IMG/VR virus record: IMGVR_UViG_3300012000_000011
Length of the DNA: 64,000 nucleotides
Direction: 5' to 3' (one strand)
DNA from: an uncultured virus (IMG/VR IMGVR_UViG_3300012000_000011)
Taxonomy: Duplodnaviria > Heunggongvirae > Uroviricota > Caudoviricetes
The notes under the pieces were generated by a model. That model was not told the DNA's origin. It saw only the letters and a list, made by a program, of their open reading frames with translations, and ran no database searches. A program made the translations under genes and the position numbers. This document shows, piece after piece, positions 11,001 to 19,766 of this stretch (the stretch's first letter is position 1; the number at the start of each line of letters is the position of its first letter).

Positions 11001-11367
11001 TTCTCTTAATGCTTCACCTATTCAGCCTAATGGAGAGCAAGTTGGTGGTGTACCTTTAAGCGTGTATCCCGTTGAAGTAAATTTAACTTCTTTGGGTTGT
11101 CCTTTGTTGCGTTACGGTCAAGAATTGTTTATCGATTACAACACAAACACTTCAATTGATAACATTTATTACGTCACAGGCTTGCAACATAAAATCGAAG
11201 CTGGGTCATTTGAAACAACTATTAAATTCACAGCCGTTGATGCTTTTGGTCAATATCGTAACCTTATCGGTCAGATTAACTCTGCTGAAATAACTTTGAG
11301 CGAAATGCAAGGCGATCCAATCAACGGTCCTACAACACCAAGAAGCGCACCACAGCCTCGGGGCTAA
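8053..11367 (+). CDS. Baseplate hub-like protein (gp27/gpD-like)
   Basis: IEVEYGWS motif and C-terminal LTSLGCPLLRYGQELFID...IYYVTGLQHKIEAGSFETTIKF typical of hub proteins; synteny. Confidence 0.65.
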   Translation: MLYLDTENSVLNPAAIRAIKNTRLGELKRIFGVYFGFTTATELANYFALSQAIGNAAAAETNPETRGAAGSASSVAASRRDLNVRVDPLLAPVFAILLDTGGGSKKILPSDGDSTAIMTQLNGLLQGTGQNLSNIKHSISRCVKIHVDPEAITTVTELINSKPDKIIFNDLDRALPVMANEDTRFKKRISVIRAEHPLLIPGEKNGEFLTVFFNGMPALEMTRAIPVMNVKFYSSRQVFEENKLAAITLQKFVEGAKTIASTIEDLPIRAIALASQVPTGSIPGQLATARDFPNYTVTGLELFRAPQTMINQETARNRENYLAPIIDPMRPLASIKSFSMDVKSAYGLQGTRTATLEIVLHDRSRMGEFADFIKPDRYGESFIEVEYGWSHPDRLGENPYADLLNLTRAVDHFTVVGSNFSFDDVGQVNLTLSLIGRGSSEITELSIIGQDAAGRIQTQIRQIERLSETINQLSGLVFPPPPENRNGNTNQRRTEVRGAQGLSAASDATNNLLLSKEVLDSLRKLQTDLNGLASSSNRNIGRRQNAIELQRALRQLISGTTNLGGSATSPSTNSAISAIARTLNQEVREILNKLNPVPQGTRRTRDNWYGDTFLSEMPAEAWDKLKTRIDTTRTTRGLQPEISNTQLPSTNNNAASARTVAGENPVDRFNGAAVVSLGTLISAFVGKPLAALKTGDNPKFEEVQLYFYNFNNRASIMSHCNISQFPVQTDYFVREYGRLRMENVGRSVNLSVSEFMNFISTKIVDDVLNPAYGINDLYKYDRNELVPNNRNFDSEMYVRMQRNNIGHHTDFVPPQLTFEIEATEAVIDGRIQQGRSILKIHIYDKACSPNSSYREILSLGTNNVLSVLSSYPGDNAQRQALETQARERREDIGVLRENWRQLQSDIVQRCSAPPRLIERIQQATDANGRAVEQYRFVGGAQQLKEFVMRGIPHIIYGAMGTTVRSSNVGSMSDPNLNTINMLRSLNASPIQPNGEQVGGVPLSVYPVEVNLTSLGCPLLRYGQELFIDYNTNTSIDNIYYVTGLQHKIEAGSFETTIKFTAVDAFGQYRNLIGQINSAEITLSEMQGDPINGPTTPRSAPQPRG

Positions 11368-11406
11368 ATTTAATCCTTTTACATATCTCAAACTATATGG
11401 CAACAT

Positions 11407-12525
11407 ATGGTCATGGATGAAGTTGAGCAACTAGTATCACAACTGTACCTTGTCAAGCAACCACAACAAGCCCCAGAACGCTTTATACGGGCTTATAGAG
11501 GCTTGTCTCCAAAGCTTCAAGGCTCTGCTGTGCCTTGGCATTTAACCCTGCCAGAAAAGCTTTATAACGAGATTGAAAGGGATCAAAAAAGGTTTCAAGA
11601 CGAACTTAACAATTTAGATTTAAGCTATCTTGAAAACGTTTATATTCCAACGCAAAAAGTGTTTGAATATCTTCAACCAGCAAAGATTAACGTTGAGCGT
11701 TATGAACAATATTCAAAGCTTGATGCAACAAAGCATATTGCTTCATTTAAACCAAACAACGAAGGATATGCACAAGTTGTTGAATATGATCGTGTAAGCA
11801 ATGTAACTGGAAGGTTTAAAACCATTAACGGACCTACCTTGCTTCATCTTCCAAAGATTTATCGAAGTGTTTTAGAATCAAAACACAGCAACGGTGCAAT
11901 ATATTCTTTGGACTATAAATCATTGGAACCAAGAGTGTTGTTAGCTACTAGTGGAACACAACCAATAGAAGAGATAGAGAAAGACATATATGAACAAGTT
12001 CGTTGTTCATTGTTTGTGAATAACCCAGAAGTAACAAGAGATGTGGTTAAAAAAATTGTGTTGTCGGAGTTATATGGTGCAGGGTTAGAAACTCTACGCC
12101 AACGCATACCCAACGTTATGAATCTAGAAACCGTTGTTGATAACATTGCTGAATGGTTTGGATTAAAAGCTTTGCAACAAAAGCTTTTAAATGAATGGAA
12201 GCAAACCGGTTATAAGTTTATCACCAACTTTTATGGTAGAAGAGTTAAAACAGAATCAACACATACTCTTGTAAACCATTATGTTCAAAGCACTGCTGTT
12301 GATGTAGCAATGCTGGGATTCAAGAACATTCTTGATTATGTTAATGAGTTAGACAAGTTTGAAGATATTGTGCCTTTGTTTATCTTGCATGACGCATTGA
12401 TTTTGGATGTAAATGAAAATAGTTTTAGTTTGATTAATGGGTTGTGTAAGATAGGAAGTGTAGACATTATAAATTTAGAATCCACTACGTTTCATATGTC
12501 CACAGACAAAGGGTTTTCATTATGA
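11407..12525 (+). CDS. Family A DNA polymerase, polymerase domain only
   Basis: TGR motif, motif A SLDYKSLEPRVL, motif B RDVVKKIVLSELYG, NHYVQSTA, motif C ILHDALI; only 372 aa, no exonuclease motifs seen. Confidence 0.85.
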   Translation: MVMDEVEQLVSQLYLVKQPQQAPERFIRAYRGLSPKLQGSAVPWHLTLPEKLYNEIERDQKRFQDELNNLDLSYLENVYIPTQKVFEYLQPAKINVERYEQYSKLDATKHIASFKPNNEGYAQVVEYDRVSNVTGRFKTINGPTLLHLPKIYRSVLESKHSNGAIYSLDYKSLEPRVLLATSGTQPIEEIEKDIYEQVRCSLFVNNPEVTRDVVKKIVLSELYGAGLETLRQRIPNVMNLETVVDNIAEWFGLKALQQKLLNEWKQTGYKFITNFYGRRVKTESTHTLVNHYVQSTAVDVAMLGFKNILDYVNELDKFEDIVPLFILHDALILDVNENSFSLINGLCKIGSVDIINLESTTFHMSTDKGFSL

Positions 12526-13130
12526 ACCAAGAACAAATTATTATCAAGAACTTTGAGCTGTTTAAAACTCAAGCGGCAAAGCTTGGAAGCAAGGGAGGAA
12601 ACATTCTAAAATATGTGGACAACAACAGTGAACGAATCATGCTTGCTCCCGCTTCAACAAAGCGGGATTATACTTGCTGTCATCCCGGTGGACTTGTTGA
12701 ACATTCTCTACGTGTTCTTCAAAACGCTGCCAAACTACGTCAAGTATACAATCTTACTGACACGCTTGCGGCTCAAAGCATTATTCTTTGTAGTCTTTTT
12801 CATGACATTGGCAAAGTTGGAACAGAAAACAAAGAATTTTATGTAGACAACAACAGTGAGTGGCATCGTGATAAGCTTGGTGTTTATTACAACGTTGCAG
12901 ATCGGTTTCAACATATTCCAGTATCTCAACTAAGTCTTTATACTCTTTCCAAGAATAACGTTGAGATTGATATTGATGAATGGTATGCTGTGTCTATGGT
13001 AGGCAGTAAGGGACAAAAAGAAGACCTACCAACCCAAGGTGAACCTTGGATTTCAATTGTGCTTTCACAAGCAATTAAAGCGGCTTGTGTGCAAGGCAAA
13101 GGTAAAGAAAAAGCTGTTTCTGTACAATAA
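12522..13130 (+). CDS. HD-domain phosphohydrolase (YhaM/Cbf1-like)
   Basis: APAS...HPGGLVEHS...LFHDIGK. Confidence 0.8.
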   Translation: MNQEQIIIKNFELFKTQAAKLGSKGGNILKYVDNNSERIMLAPASTKRDYTCCHPGGLVEHSLRVLQNAAKLRQVYNLTDTLAAQSIILCSLFHDIGKVGTENKEFYVDNNSEWHRDKLGVYYNVADRFQHIPVSQLSLYTLSKNNVEIDIDEWYAVSMVGSKGQKEDLPTQGEPWISIVLSQAIKAACVQGKGKEKAVSVQ

Positions 13131-13228
13131 ACTTAATGTTCGGTATAATACTTAGTAGATAGACCACCCTACTAGGTGTTATTTTACACAACAAACAATT
13201 GTGGTCAAGAAAGAAAAGAGCAATTATC

Positions 13229-14053
13229 ATGGCAAGTTATAATCTAGATGCAATCAAAGCTGCGCTATCAAAAAACGACAAAACCTCAACAACAAAAGGT
13301 ACACAACAAAAAAACGTTTACTGGAAGCCTGCCTTGGGCGAGCACGACATTCGTTTTCTTCCAATTCAAAACTCTTCGAATGAACCATTCCAAACCGTTG
13401 CGTATTACAACGAACCATTGTCATCACAACGTATGGTTGCACCATATTCATTCGGTCTTCCCGATCCCATCAAGGAACAATTCGAAGAGCTTCGTAATAG
13501 CAAAAAGCATCCCGATGGATGGACTATTGCAAAAAACCTTCGTGCCAAAGAGCGTTATTACGCTGTAATCATGGTTCGTGGTGAAGAAGACAAGGGTCCA
13601 CAAATCTGGGAGTTCTCAAAGGAAACCCGTGACCAAGTTTATGGTATCCTTACTCACAAGGATAACATTGACGAGGACATGCTATCTCCAGATGTAGGAT
13701 ATGATTTTACTTGTTCAGTAACGCAAGTTATTGAAAATGGTAAGCCCCGTCTTTTCAAGGGTTCACCAGTTAAGCAAATCAATCTTCAAGCTCGCAAGAA
13801 GCCTTCTCCGCTATCAAAGGATAAGGCTCAAGCAAAGAAGTGGCTTGATGCTGTACCCAACCTTGAAGAAATGTTCAAGCGTCAATGTAAAGCTCCAGAA
13901 GAACTTGTTGAAGTGCTAGAACAATTTGTTTCAAATCTCACTGGTGGTTTTACTGCTAGTGCATCTGGAACAGATCATACCGAAACCAGAACTGGAAAGG
14001 CTTTGCCTAGTCCAGCCGCTGACAAGCTTGAAGATGCCTTCGCTGATTTCTGA
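13229..14053 (+). CDS. Single-stranded DNA-binding protein (T4 gp32-like)
   Basis: YWKP..G.HDIRFLP, RYYA.I..RGEE..GPQIW.F, G.DF, acidic tail LEDAFADF; ATG at 13229 preferred over TTG 13199. Confidence 0.8.
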   Translation: MASYNLDAIKAALSKNDKTSTTKGTQQKNVYWKPALGEHDIRFLPIQNSSNEPFQTVAYYNEPLSSQRMVAPYSFGLPDPIKEQFEELRNSKKHPDGWTIAKNLRAKERYYAVIMVRGEEDKGPQIWEFSKETRDQVYGILTHKDNIDEDMLSPDVGYDFTCSVTQVIENGKPRLFKGSPVKQINLQARKKPSPLSKDKAQAKKWLDAVPNLEEMFKRQCKAPEELVEVLEQFVSNLTGGFTASASGTDHTETRTGKALPSPAADKLEDAFADF

Positions 14054-14085
14054 TTAATGTAGTCTGACCTTCTTCCTCAAAAAAA

Positions 14086-14128
14086 GAAAACCCCGGCAGG
14101 ATTTGTTTCCTCCGGGGTTTTCGGTTTT
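14086..14128. terminator. Intrinsic terminator, probably bidirectional
   Basis: gaaaaccccgg...ccggggttttc stem with A-run before and T-rich run after, between convergent genes. Confidence 0.8.
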
Positions 14129-14168
14129 ATAATATATTAGGATTTATAAGGATGCCCTCGGACTTGAT

Positions 14169-14243
14169 TATCAATAATTCCTTGTAAGGGTCTATAGTTT
14201 TCCCAATACAAATATATAGTGTTTTACCCTCCCATTTTTTCTT
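14169..14243 (-). repeat. Degenerate copy of the promoter/RBS region of the 14252-14632 gene
   Basis: tatcaataa(t)tccttgta(a)ggg...ttttcccaatac(a)aata(t)atagtgtttt...ccc.tttttt aligns with 14632-14707. Confidence 0.8.
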
Positions 14244-14251
14244 ACATAGAA

Positions 14252-14632
14252 TCACAGTGCCATAGGATCATATACCCTGATCCCATCATCCTCGATATGG
14301 TTAGTATACGTCCAGCTATCTAAATACCCACCTACAAGGGTTCGTGATTCAGGGCCGTCACCGCTATAAGTGTCAATGAAATCGATGATTTCATCTTCTG
14401 TAGTTTTCACTCCTTTGCTCCTAGCGTGGGCTACCACATCTGACCAAGGGACCAAAGTACCCTCTTCTTCTACAAGATCATGAACGTCACTGATAGCGTC
14501 AAATATTTCATTTGCTCTTTTCTCGGACATACGTTTCATTGCCGCTTCTCTGACTACACGTTTCCGACCTTTACGACCATTCATTACCGCTTCTTTGATT
14601 ACACGTTTTAGCTGTTTTATTGTTAATCTCAT
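14252..14632 (-). CDS. Hypothetical protein with MRLTIKQLKRVIKE N-terminal motif (putative head-internal protein)
   Basis: 126 aa ORF, AAGGAG RBS on minus strand, TAnnTA motif upstream. Confidence 0.75.
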   Translation of the reverse strand: MRLTIKQLKRVIKEAVMNGRKGRKRVVREAAMKRMSEKRANEIFDAISDVHDLVEEEGTLVPWSDVVAHARSKGVKTTEDEIIDFIDTYSGDGPESRTLVGGYLDSWTYTNHIEDDGIRVYDPMAL

Positions 14633-14707
14633 ATCAATAACTCCTTGTATGGGAATTTAATTTTCCCTAATACGAATAGATAGTGTTTTCCTTCCCCTTT
14701 TTTTCTT
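14632..14707 (-). promoter_or_regulatory. Promoter/RBS region of 14252-14632 gene (second repeat copy)
   Basis: Minus strand reads actatctattcg...acaaggagttattgatATG. Confidence 0.6.
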
Positions 14708-14786
14708 TTTCAAGAAAAGCTTTTATTACCTTTACCCATGCTTTGTTATGTGTTACCTTGTTTGAAGAAGGAGAGCAAACCTATAT

Positions 14787-16049
14787 ATGGCAATCAAGTC
14801 AACTAAAAAGCCTTTATTAGATGAACCAGCAGCAAACGAAGACACAGACTTCTCTGCTGAACTAATCAAGCAAATCAACAAAGAAGCAGGAAACAAAATC
14901 GCATTCAACCTTGGAACAGACGAAGCACCAACATCTGTTAAACGCTGGATTTCTACAGGTTCTAAACAACTTGACTATATCATCTCTAATCGCCGCAATG
15001 GTGGTGTAGCAGAAGGACGTATTGTAGAAATTCAAGGTCCACCATCCAGCGGTAAATCTCACATCGCATATGAGATTGCTAAATCAACTCAACGTATGAA
15101 TGGTATCGTTGTGTATATCGATACTGAAAACGCTACATCAGTTGAAAACCTTGAAGGTCTTGGTATTGACATTCGCAAACGCTTTGTCTTTATCCAAGAA
15201 ACCTGTATTGAAGACATTTTCAAGGTTATTGAATCAACCATTGAAAAGGCTCGTAACCTTAAAGCAGATGTTCCTGTAACGGTTATTTGGGACTCTGTAG
15301 CTGCATCTGCGCCAAAAGCAGAAATCGAAGGTGATTATGACCAAAACACCATTGGTCTAGCTGCTAGGGTGCTTTCTAAAGGCTTCCGTAAAATCACAGA
15401 TGTAATCGGTGATAAAAACGTTTGTTTGGTTCTTTTAAATCAGCAACGTCAAAAGATTGGCGTGATGTACGGTGATCCAAACACTACTCCCGGTGGTATG
15501 GCTATTCCATATCATGCTTCAACACGTATCAAGCTTACAGGTGGTCAACAAATCAAGCAAAGCATTAACGGTAAAGAAGCTGTTATCGGTATCAATGTTA
15601 CTTGTAAAACCATTAAGAACAAGGTTGCAAGACCTTGGAGAGAAGTTAGTTTTGAAATTCATTTTGGTAAGGGAGTTAGAGAAGATGAAAACGTTTTCGA
15701 TGAGCTACGGGAATTTTGTGAAAAGTGCAAAGACCCAGTAATCGTTGATGGTCACCGTGTTAAGCTTGAAGGATCGTCACAATGGAAATATTTCCAAGTT
15801 AGCGACCAAAAAACTGGAGAACTTGTTGTTGATGAGAAATTCTACAAAAGCGAGTTTGGATCAAAGATTCTAAGAAATCCAGAATATACAACATACGTTG
15901 AAGCTCTTATGGATGCAGCATTCATTATGAAGAACAACGATGACAGTCACAAAACAGTTGCTAGCATTGATCTTAACTCTGCCGTTGAAGTTGAAGCAGC
16001 CAAAGCTGAACGTACTGCCAAAACAGGCAAAAGCGTTTTCTCCGACTGA
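14787..16049 (+). CDS. recA: RecA/UvsX recombinase
   Basis: ISTGS..LD, GRIVEIQGPPSSGKS (Walker A), YIDTENA, IWDSVAA, LNQ, PGG.AI..HASTRI, KNKVA.P. Confidence 0.95.
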   Translation: MAIKSTKKPLLDEPAANEDTDFSAELIKQINKEAGNKIAFNLGTDEAPTSVKRWISTGSKQLDYIISNRRNGGVAEGRIVEIQGPPSSGKSHIAYEIAKSTQRMNGIVVYIDTENATSVENLEGLGIDIRKRFVFIQETCIEDIFKVIESTIEKARNLKADVPVTVIWDSVAASAPKAEIEGDYDQNTIGLAARVLSKGFRKITDVIGDKNVCLVLLNQQRQKIGVMYGDPNTTPGGMAIPYHASTRIKLTGGQQIKQSINGKEAVIGINVTCKTIKNKVARPWREVSFEIHFGKGVREDENVFDELREFCEKCKDPVIVDGHRVKLEGSSQWKYFQVSDQKTGELVVDEKFYKSEFGSKILRNPEYTTYVEALMDAAFIMKNNDDSHKTVASIDLNSAVEVEAAKAERTAKTGKSVFSD

Positions 16050-16138
16050 TTCCTACTTCAAAAAACCCTTTGTTTTCAAGGGGTTATAAAAAATAAAATA
16101 ATCTTGAGATTACAAGCTTCGTATGGTATCCTATATGT

Positions 16139-16324
16139 ATGAAGCGAATCGACGGCATCTACGATCACAACGTATTCCTCATTTTTCAGTGTGGTGAATG
16201 CGATCACGAGGTTAACATCAATCCAAGCGAGCTTGTGTCTGTTGGTGTTCCTATGTGCCATAATGATGGTCATGGTGAAATGGAATACAACGGTGTGACT
16301 GTTATTGTGCGGGAGGATGCGTGA
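16139..16324 (+). CDS. Small zinc-ribbon-like protein
   Basis: CGEC...PMC..DGH; upstream tggtatcct -10-like element. Confidence 0.55.
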   Translation: MKRIDGIYDHNVFLIFQCGECDHEVNINPSELVSVGVPMCHNDGHGEMEYNGVTVIVREDA

Positions 16325-16893
16325 TGAACGAATCTGAACACGATAAGAATATGGCAGAGCTAGCCAACGATTCAGAATATCAGAAATGGTGTGATGAACG
16401 TGAAGCCGAGACGAATGAATCTTTGGTCAACATGACTGATGCCGAGATCGAAGCAAACTTTGGTTTGCAGTCTACGGTTATGACGAAAGTTTTTGTTTAC
16501 GGTAGCTTGAAGCGAGGTTTTGGTAATCATAGCCTTTTGGAACATGCCAAGTATCTTGGCAACACCGAAACGGTGAATTGCGCTTATAAGATGCATCCTT
16601 TGTTTGGTTCTTTTCCTGCTGTGACTGCTTGCACCAACGATGGATATTCCATCATCGGTGAATTGTACGAAGTTGACGAGCGGACGTTGCAATCACTGGA
16701 TATGCTTGAAGGTAATGGATCGATGTATACCCGTTATCTCACTCAGGTATATGACGGTCCACAGGTTGTTGAAGCTTGGATGTATATGATGCCAGTGACT
16801 AGTCAGCTTATTGTTGGCAGCGAGGTACATCGTACCGACAGGTATGTGTATACCGATTCTCGACATAACACTCAAGAGTGGTTCAAAGTCTAA
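16321..16893 (+). CDS. Gamma-glutamylcyclotransferase (AIG2-like) with acidic N-terminal extension
   Basis: VFVYGSLKRGFGNH, GELYEV...LDMLEG, AWMY. Confidence 0.85.
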   Translation: MMNESEHDKNMAELANDSEYQKWCDEREAETNESLVNMTDAEIEANFGLQSTVMTKVFVYGSLKRGFGNHSLLEHAKYLGNTETVNCAYKMHPLFGSFPAVTACTNDGYSIIGELYEVDERTLQSLDMLEGNGSMYTRYLTQVYDGPQVVEAWMYMMPVTSQLIVGSEVHRTDRYVYTDSRHNTQEWFKV

Positions 16894-16952
16894 TCCTTAT
16901 AAATCTCAATCAACAAGCTAATTAATCACAACAACTAAAAAGGAACAAGATT

Positions 16953-18212
16953 ATGGGACAGCTCCGAGACAAGATTCGCACGATGGTTCGTAATGAATTC
17001 GCTATTCGTATGGTAGAAGAAGCAAAGAAGTACAATGCGAAGACGGTTTACCGTTCTTCAAAGTATATCGATGTTTGGAACGATCTGCCCACTGGCAGGG
17101 CCAAGTCTGGCATTTCTCGTGATGCTACTAAACACGATTTCGTGCGACGTATGATGGTGCTGCTTAATAAGGCAGATCAAGAGCGTTCTACTTCTCCGAT
17201 TTATCTTGAGCCTGAGCAGAAGGAAGAAGCTTTGGCTCTTCTTGCACCGCTCGTTGGTGAGCCGGACGAGTTTGTTGAAACCATGAACAAGGAACGTGGT
17301 CTTGTTTTTGGTCAGGCTTATGGTGAAGTTGTTGGCGGTAAGTTGCGAAGCCACAATGATCCTGTGTCATATCTGCTCACACAGTATATTTCCGACAAGG
17401 ATATTCTTCGTTCTTTGGACGCTGTTGAGCCTGACGCTCCTGCTGCTGTAGCTGCCAAGGCAGATGTAGAAGGGGAATATGACATTATTCCCGGCACTAC
17501 CAGCAAGGCTGATATTGCTCGTTCTTTGTCTTCCGATCCAACGGAAACCACCACTGAAATGAGTGTGCTTAACCGTCTTAAGAAGGCGATGAAGCATCTC
17601 ACCAACGAACAGAACCTTGAGATTCTTGACTTTATCAAAGATCCTGCTGTTGAAAAGTCTGAGAAGGTTAAGCTTATGTCTGATTTGGAAAAGATCATGA
17701 GCAGCACTAAGACTGCTGCTGGCAAGTATACTACCATGTTCGTTGATAGCATGATTAGTGCGATGAAGTCCGTCAAGGATGTTAACGACGATGCTCAAAT
17801 TGACAAGGCTGTGCTGGCGGGCCGTAAGAAGTTCGTTGAAGCACTCAAGGCTGCTGATGTGTTTTCTCCTGCTGTGAACAAGGGTGAGCTTAACCCCTTC
17901 GAATTCAATGTGTTTGCCGATGTTCTTGATCGTCAAGAAGGTCGTTGGACTGTTTTGGATATGATTGTGATTTCTGCAAAGAAGCCAAATCAAGCCGAGC
18001 TTTTCCGTGACGAAGCGATTGCTGCTGCCAAGGAAGGCTTCTTGGAAGAAATGGAGAAGCAAACCAACTTCAACTCTTTGGGTGATTTTACTGATACCTT
18101 GCCCGAGGTTAAGGAGCTTCGTGCAAACATCTTCAAGACGCTTGAAAAGCGTGGCCGCAAGAAGGGTTCCACAAAGGAAGTTCTTGCAGCGAAGAAGGCC
18201 GGTAAGAAGTGA
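16953..18212 (+). CDS. Hypothetical, probably abundant protein with basic C-terminal tail (KRGRKKGS...)
   Basis: 419 aa, strongly biased codons, AAGGA RBS, TAATTA upstream, hairpins downstream. Confidence 0.8.
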   Translation: MGQLRDKIRTMVRNEFAIRMVEEAKKYNAKTVYRSSKYIDVWNDLPTGRAKSGISRDATKHDFVRRMMVLLNKADQERSTSPIYLEPEQKEEALALLAPLVGEPDEFVETMNKERGLVFGQAYGEVVGGKLRSHNDPVSYLLTQYISDKDILRSLDAVEPDAPAAVAAKADVEGEYDIIPGTTSKADIARSLSSDPTETTTEMSVLNRLKKAMKHLTNEQNLEILDFIKDPAVEKSEKVKLMSDLEKIMSSTKTAAGKYTTMFVDSMISAMKSVKDVNDDAQIDKAVLAGRKKFVEALKAADVFSPAVNKGELNPFEFNVFADVLDRQEGRWTVLDMIVISAKKPNQAELFRDEAIAAAKEGFLEEMEKQTNFNSLGDFTDTLPEVKELRANIFKTLEKRGRKKGSTKEVLAAKKAGKK

Positions 18213-18241
18213 TTTAGCTCCCACAGCTAAGTCACTCCGTA

Positions 18242-18556
18242 ATGTTTAATCTACTAACAAAACTATTTCATTCATCTAGCTTGGATGAATCAAATGCCCT
18301 TCGGGATTATTCTTCCGAAGGGCATTTTGTCAATTTTGCTATTGACTTTGAGAACAAAACCGACGCCAACACAATGATGTTTTCTGTATTGGAAATGCAA
18401 CATGAAAAAACAATTCATGCAATAATGCGAATAGAACAAGCAACATTGTTTGTGTCAATACAACATTCCAACATAGAAGATCAAAACTCTGTTATGACAT
18501 TGATTAGCGAAATCAATCGAAAGGCGATAAAAATCAAAAATGGCAAAGATTATTGA
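18242..18556 (+). CDS. Hypothetical protein (start uncertain; 5' part overlaps hairpins)
   Basis: ORF overlapping next gene; true start may lie downstream of 18330. Confidence 0.45.
   Translation: MFNLLTKLFHSSSLDESNALRDYSSEGHFVNFAIDFENKTDANTMMFSVLEMQHEKTIHAIMRIEQATLFVSIQHSNIEDQNSVMTLISEINRKAIKIKNGKDY
18292..18330 (+). terminator. Strong hairpin/intrinsic terminator
   Basis: aaatgcccttcgg-loop-ccgaagggcattt, 13-bp perfect stem followed by T-rich tail. Confidence 0.75.
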
Positions 18557-18962
18557 AACATCAGATGGAATTCGAATGCTTGTAAGCGATGATGCTCCAG
18601 ATGATATCATAAGCGATAAATGGAACAATACGTCGGTTGCAACATCAGAACCTTTTATGCCAACTATTGATCCATTAAGCATACTTTTATGCTTTGTGGA
18701 AGAAACGTTTCCTATTGTGCCTGTACAAGCAAACAAGTTTCTTGTGCAAAACAACAAGTTCAATCTAACTGGCACAATGTTGATATTTGATTATGCATGG
18801 TTGTTGGCGAACATTGCAACCAAGGTTAGTCATTTCGAAATCAGAATGGAAGAAAGAATATACAAAATTGCTGTTGGCCCATTTTCGATTACACGCTTTC
18901 TTGGAAAAGATATCAATGCATCAACAGTTGATGTGAATGTTTCGTTTAAACGTGATATTTAG
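18540..18962 (+). CDS. Hypothetical protein
   Basis: 140 aa ORF in operon-like run. Confidence 0.6.
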   Translation: MAKIIETSDGIRMLVSDDAPDDIISDKWNNTSVATSEPFMPTIDPLSILLCFVEETFPIVPVQANKFLVQNNKFNLTGTMLIFDYAWLLANIATKVSHFEIRMEERIYKIAVGPFSITRFLGKDINASTVDVNVSFKRDI

Positions 18963-18982
18963 TCAATGGAGAATAACTTAAA

Positions 18983-19408
18983 ATGTCAATGAGAAAAAAC
19001 ATTCTTGCGCTTTCTTTGTTTGAAGCCGCAAAAGCTTTAAAAGAACAAGCTGAAGCTCCAGCCCCCGCAGGGGAAGCAGGAGTGCCCACCGACGAAGAAA
19101 CCGGTGAAGCAATTACATTAGATCATATCTTGGATCGATTTAACACGGTTCGTTCCGGTAAAAGCTTTCAAGACCCAGAAGTATATGGCAAGCTTACAAC
19201 CATTTTTAAAAATATGTCGTCAGAGGAAAAGCTTAAGCTTAACCAACAACTTCGCAACATTGGTGCAGTTGTACAAAATCAAACACCTGTAGGTATGGAA
19301 GCAGGTGCAACACCATCAGCACCAGAAGCTGCGCCTCCTGCTGCTCCAACACCGGAAGCGGCTCCAACCCCACCGCCTCCTGCTGCTACCCCTGCCCCAA
19401 CAGCATAA
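18983..19408 (+). CDS. Hypothetical protein with Pro/Ala-rich tail (putative head-associated)
   Basis: GGAG RBS, TATTTA upstream, LFE/LKE motifs, segment FNTVRSGKSFQD. Confidence 0.75.
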   Translation: MSMRKNILALSLFEAAKALKEQAEAPAPAGEAGVPTDEETGEAITLDHILDRFNTVRSGKSFQDPEVYGKLTTIFKNMSSEEKLKLNQQLRNIGAVVQNQTPVGMEAGATPSAPEAAPPAAPTPEAAPTPPPPAATPAPTA

Positions 19409-19493
19409 AAACGCTTAATTTAAGCGTTAAAAAAAACTTTGAGAATTCCTTTACTTTCTGATATACTATAGCAGTAAAGGATCAAAAGGAAAT

Positions 19494-19763
19494 ATGGCAA
19501 TCAAAGAACCCGTTTTCGTGTATCGAAAGTATCGAGTAACATCAAACATCGAATGGATTCCTTGTTTGCCTGTTAAGGATCAAAATTTTCCTACCGCAAC
19601 AAGGATACCAAAGGGTGCTGAAGTTACGTTTTTGTCCAAGTACGATAACGACTTGGTAAAAATTCAGTTTAAGAAGGAAGACGGTATCGACGAATTTGTT
19701 GTTTTGGCTATGCGTGAGTTTGTGTGTGACTACTTGTTGCCCATTTACAAACGTAACGGCTAA
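19494..19763 (+). CDS. Small SH3-like beta protein
   Basis: RIPKGAEVTFLSKYDNDLVKIQF pattern; AAGGA RBS; tgatatact upstream. Confidence 0.6.
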   Translation: MAIKEPVFVYRKYRVTSNIEWIPCLPVKDQNFPTATRIPKGAEVTFLSKYDNDLVKIQFKKEDGIDEFVVLAMREFVCDYLLPIYKRNG

Positions 19764-19766
19764 TAG

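Noticed and set aside
14787..16049. Intein in RecA (protein is long at 420 aa)
   Set aside because: Core motifs are contiguous; extra length is terminal, with no splice-junction motifs
17367..18224. 285-aa minus-strand ORF and other antisense/nested ORFs in the track
   Set aside because: Shadows of codon-biased plus-strand genes; no RBS or recognisable motifs
19410..19428. Palindrome aacgctta-att-taagcgtt as operator or terminator
   Set aside because: AT-rich single occurrence without a plus-strand U-tract; cannot be assigned
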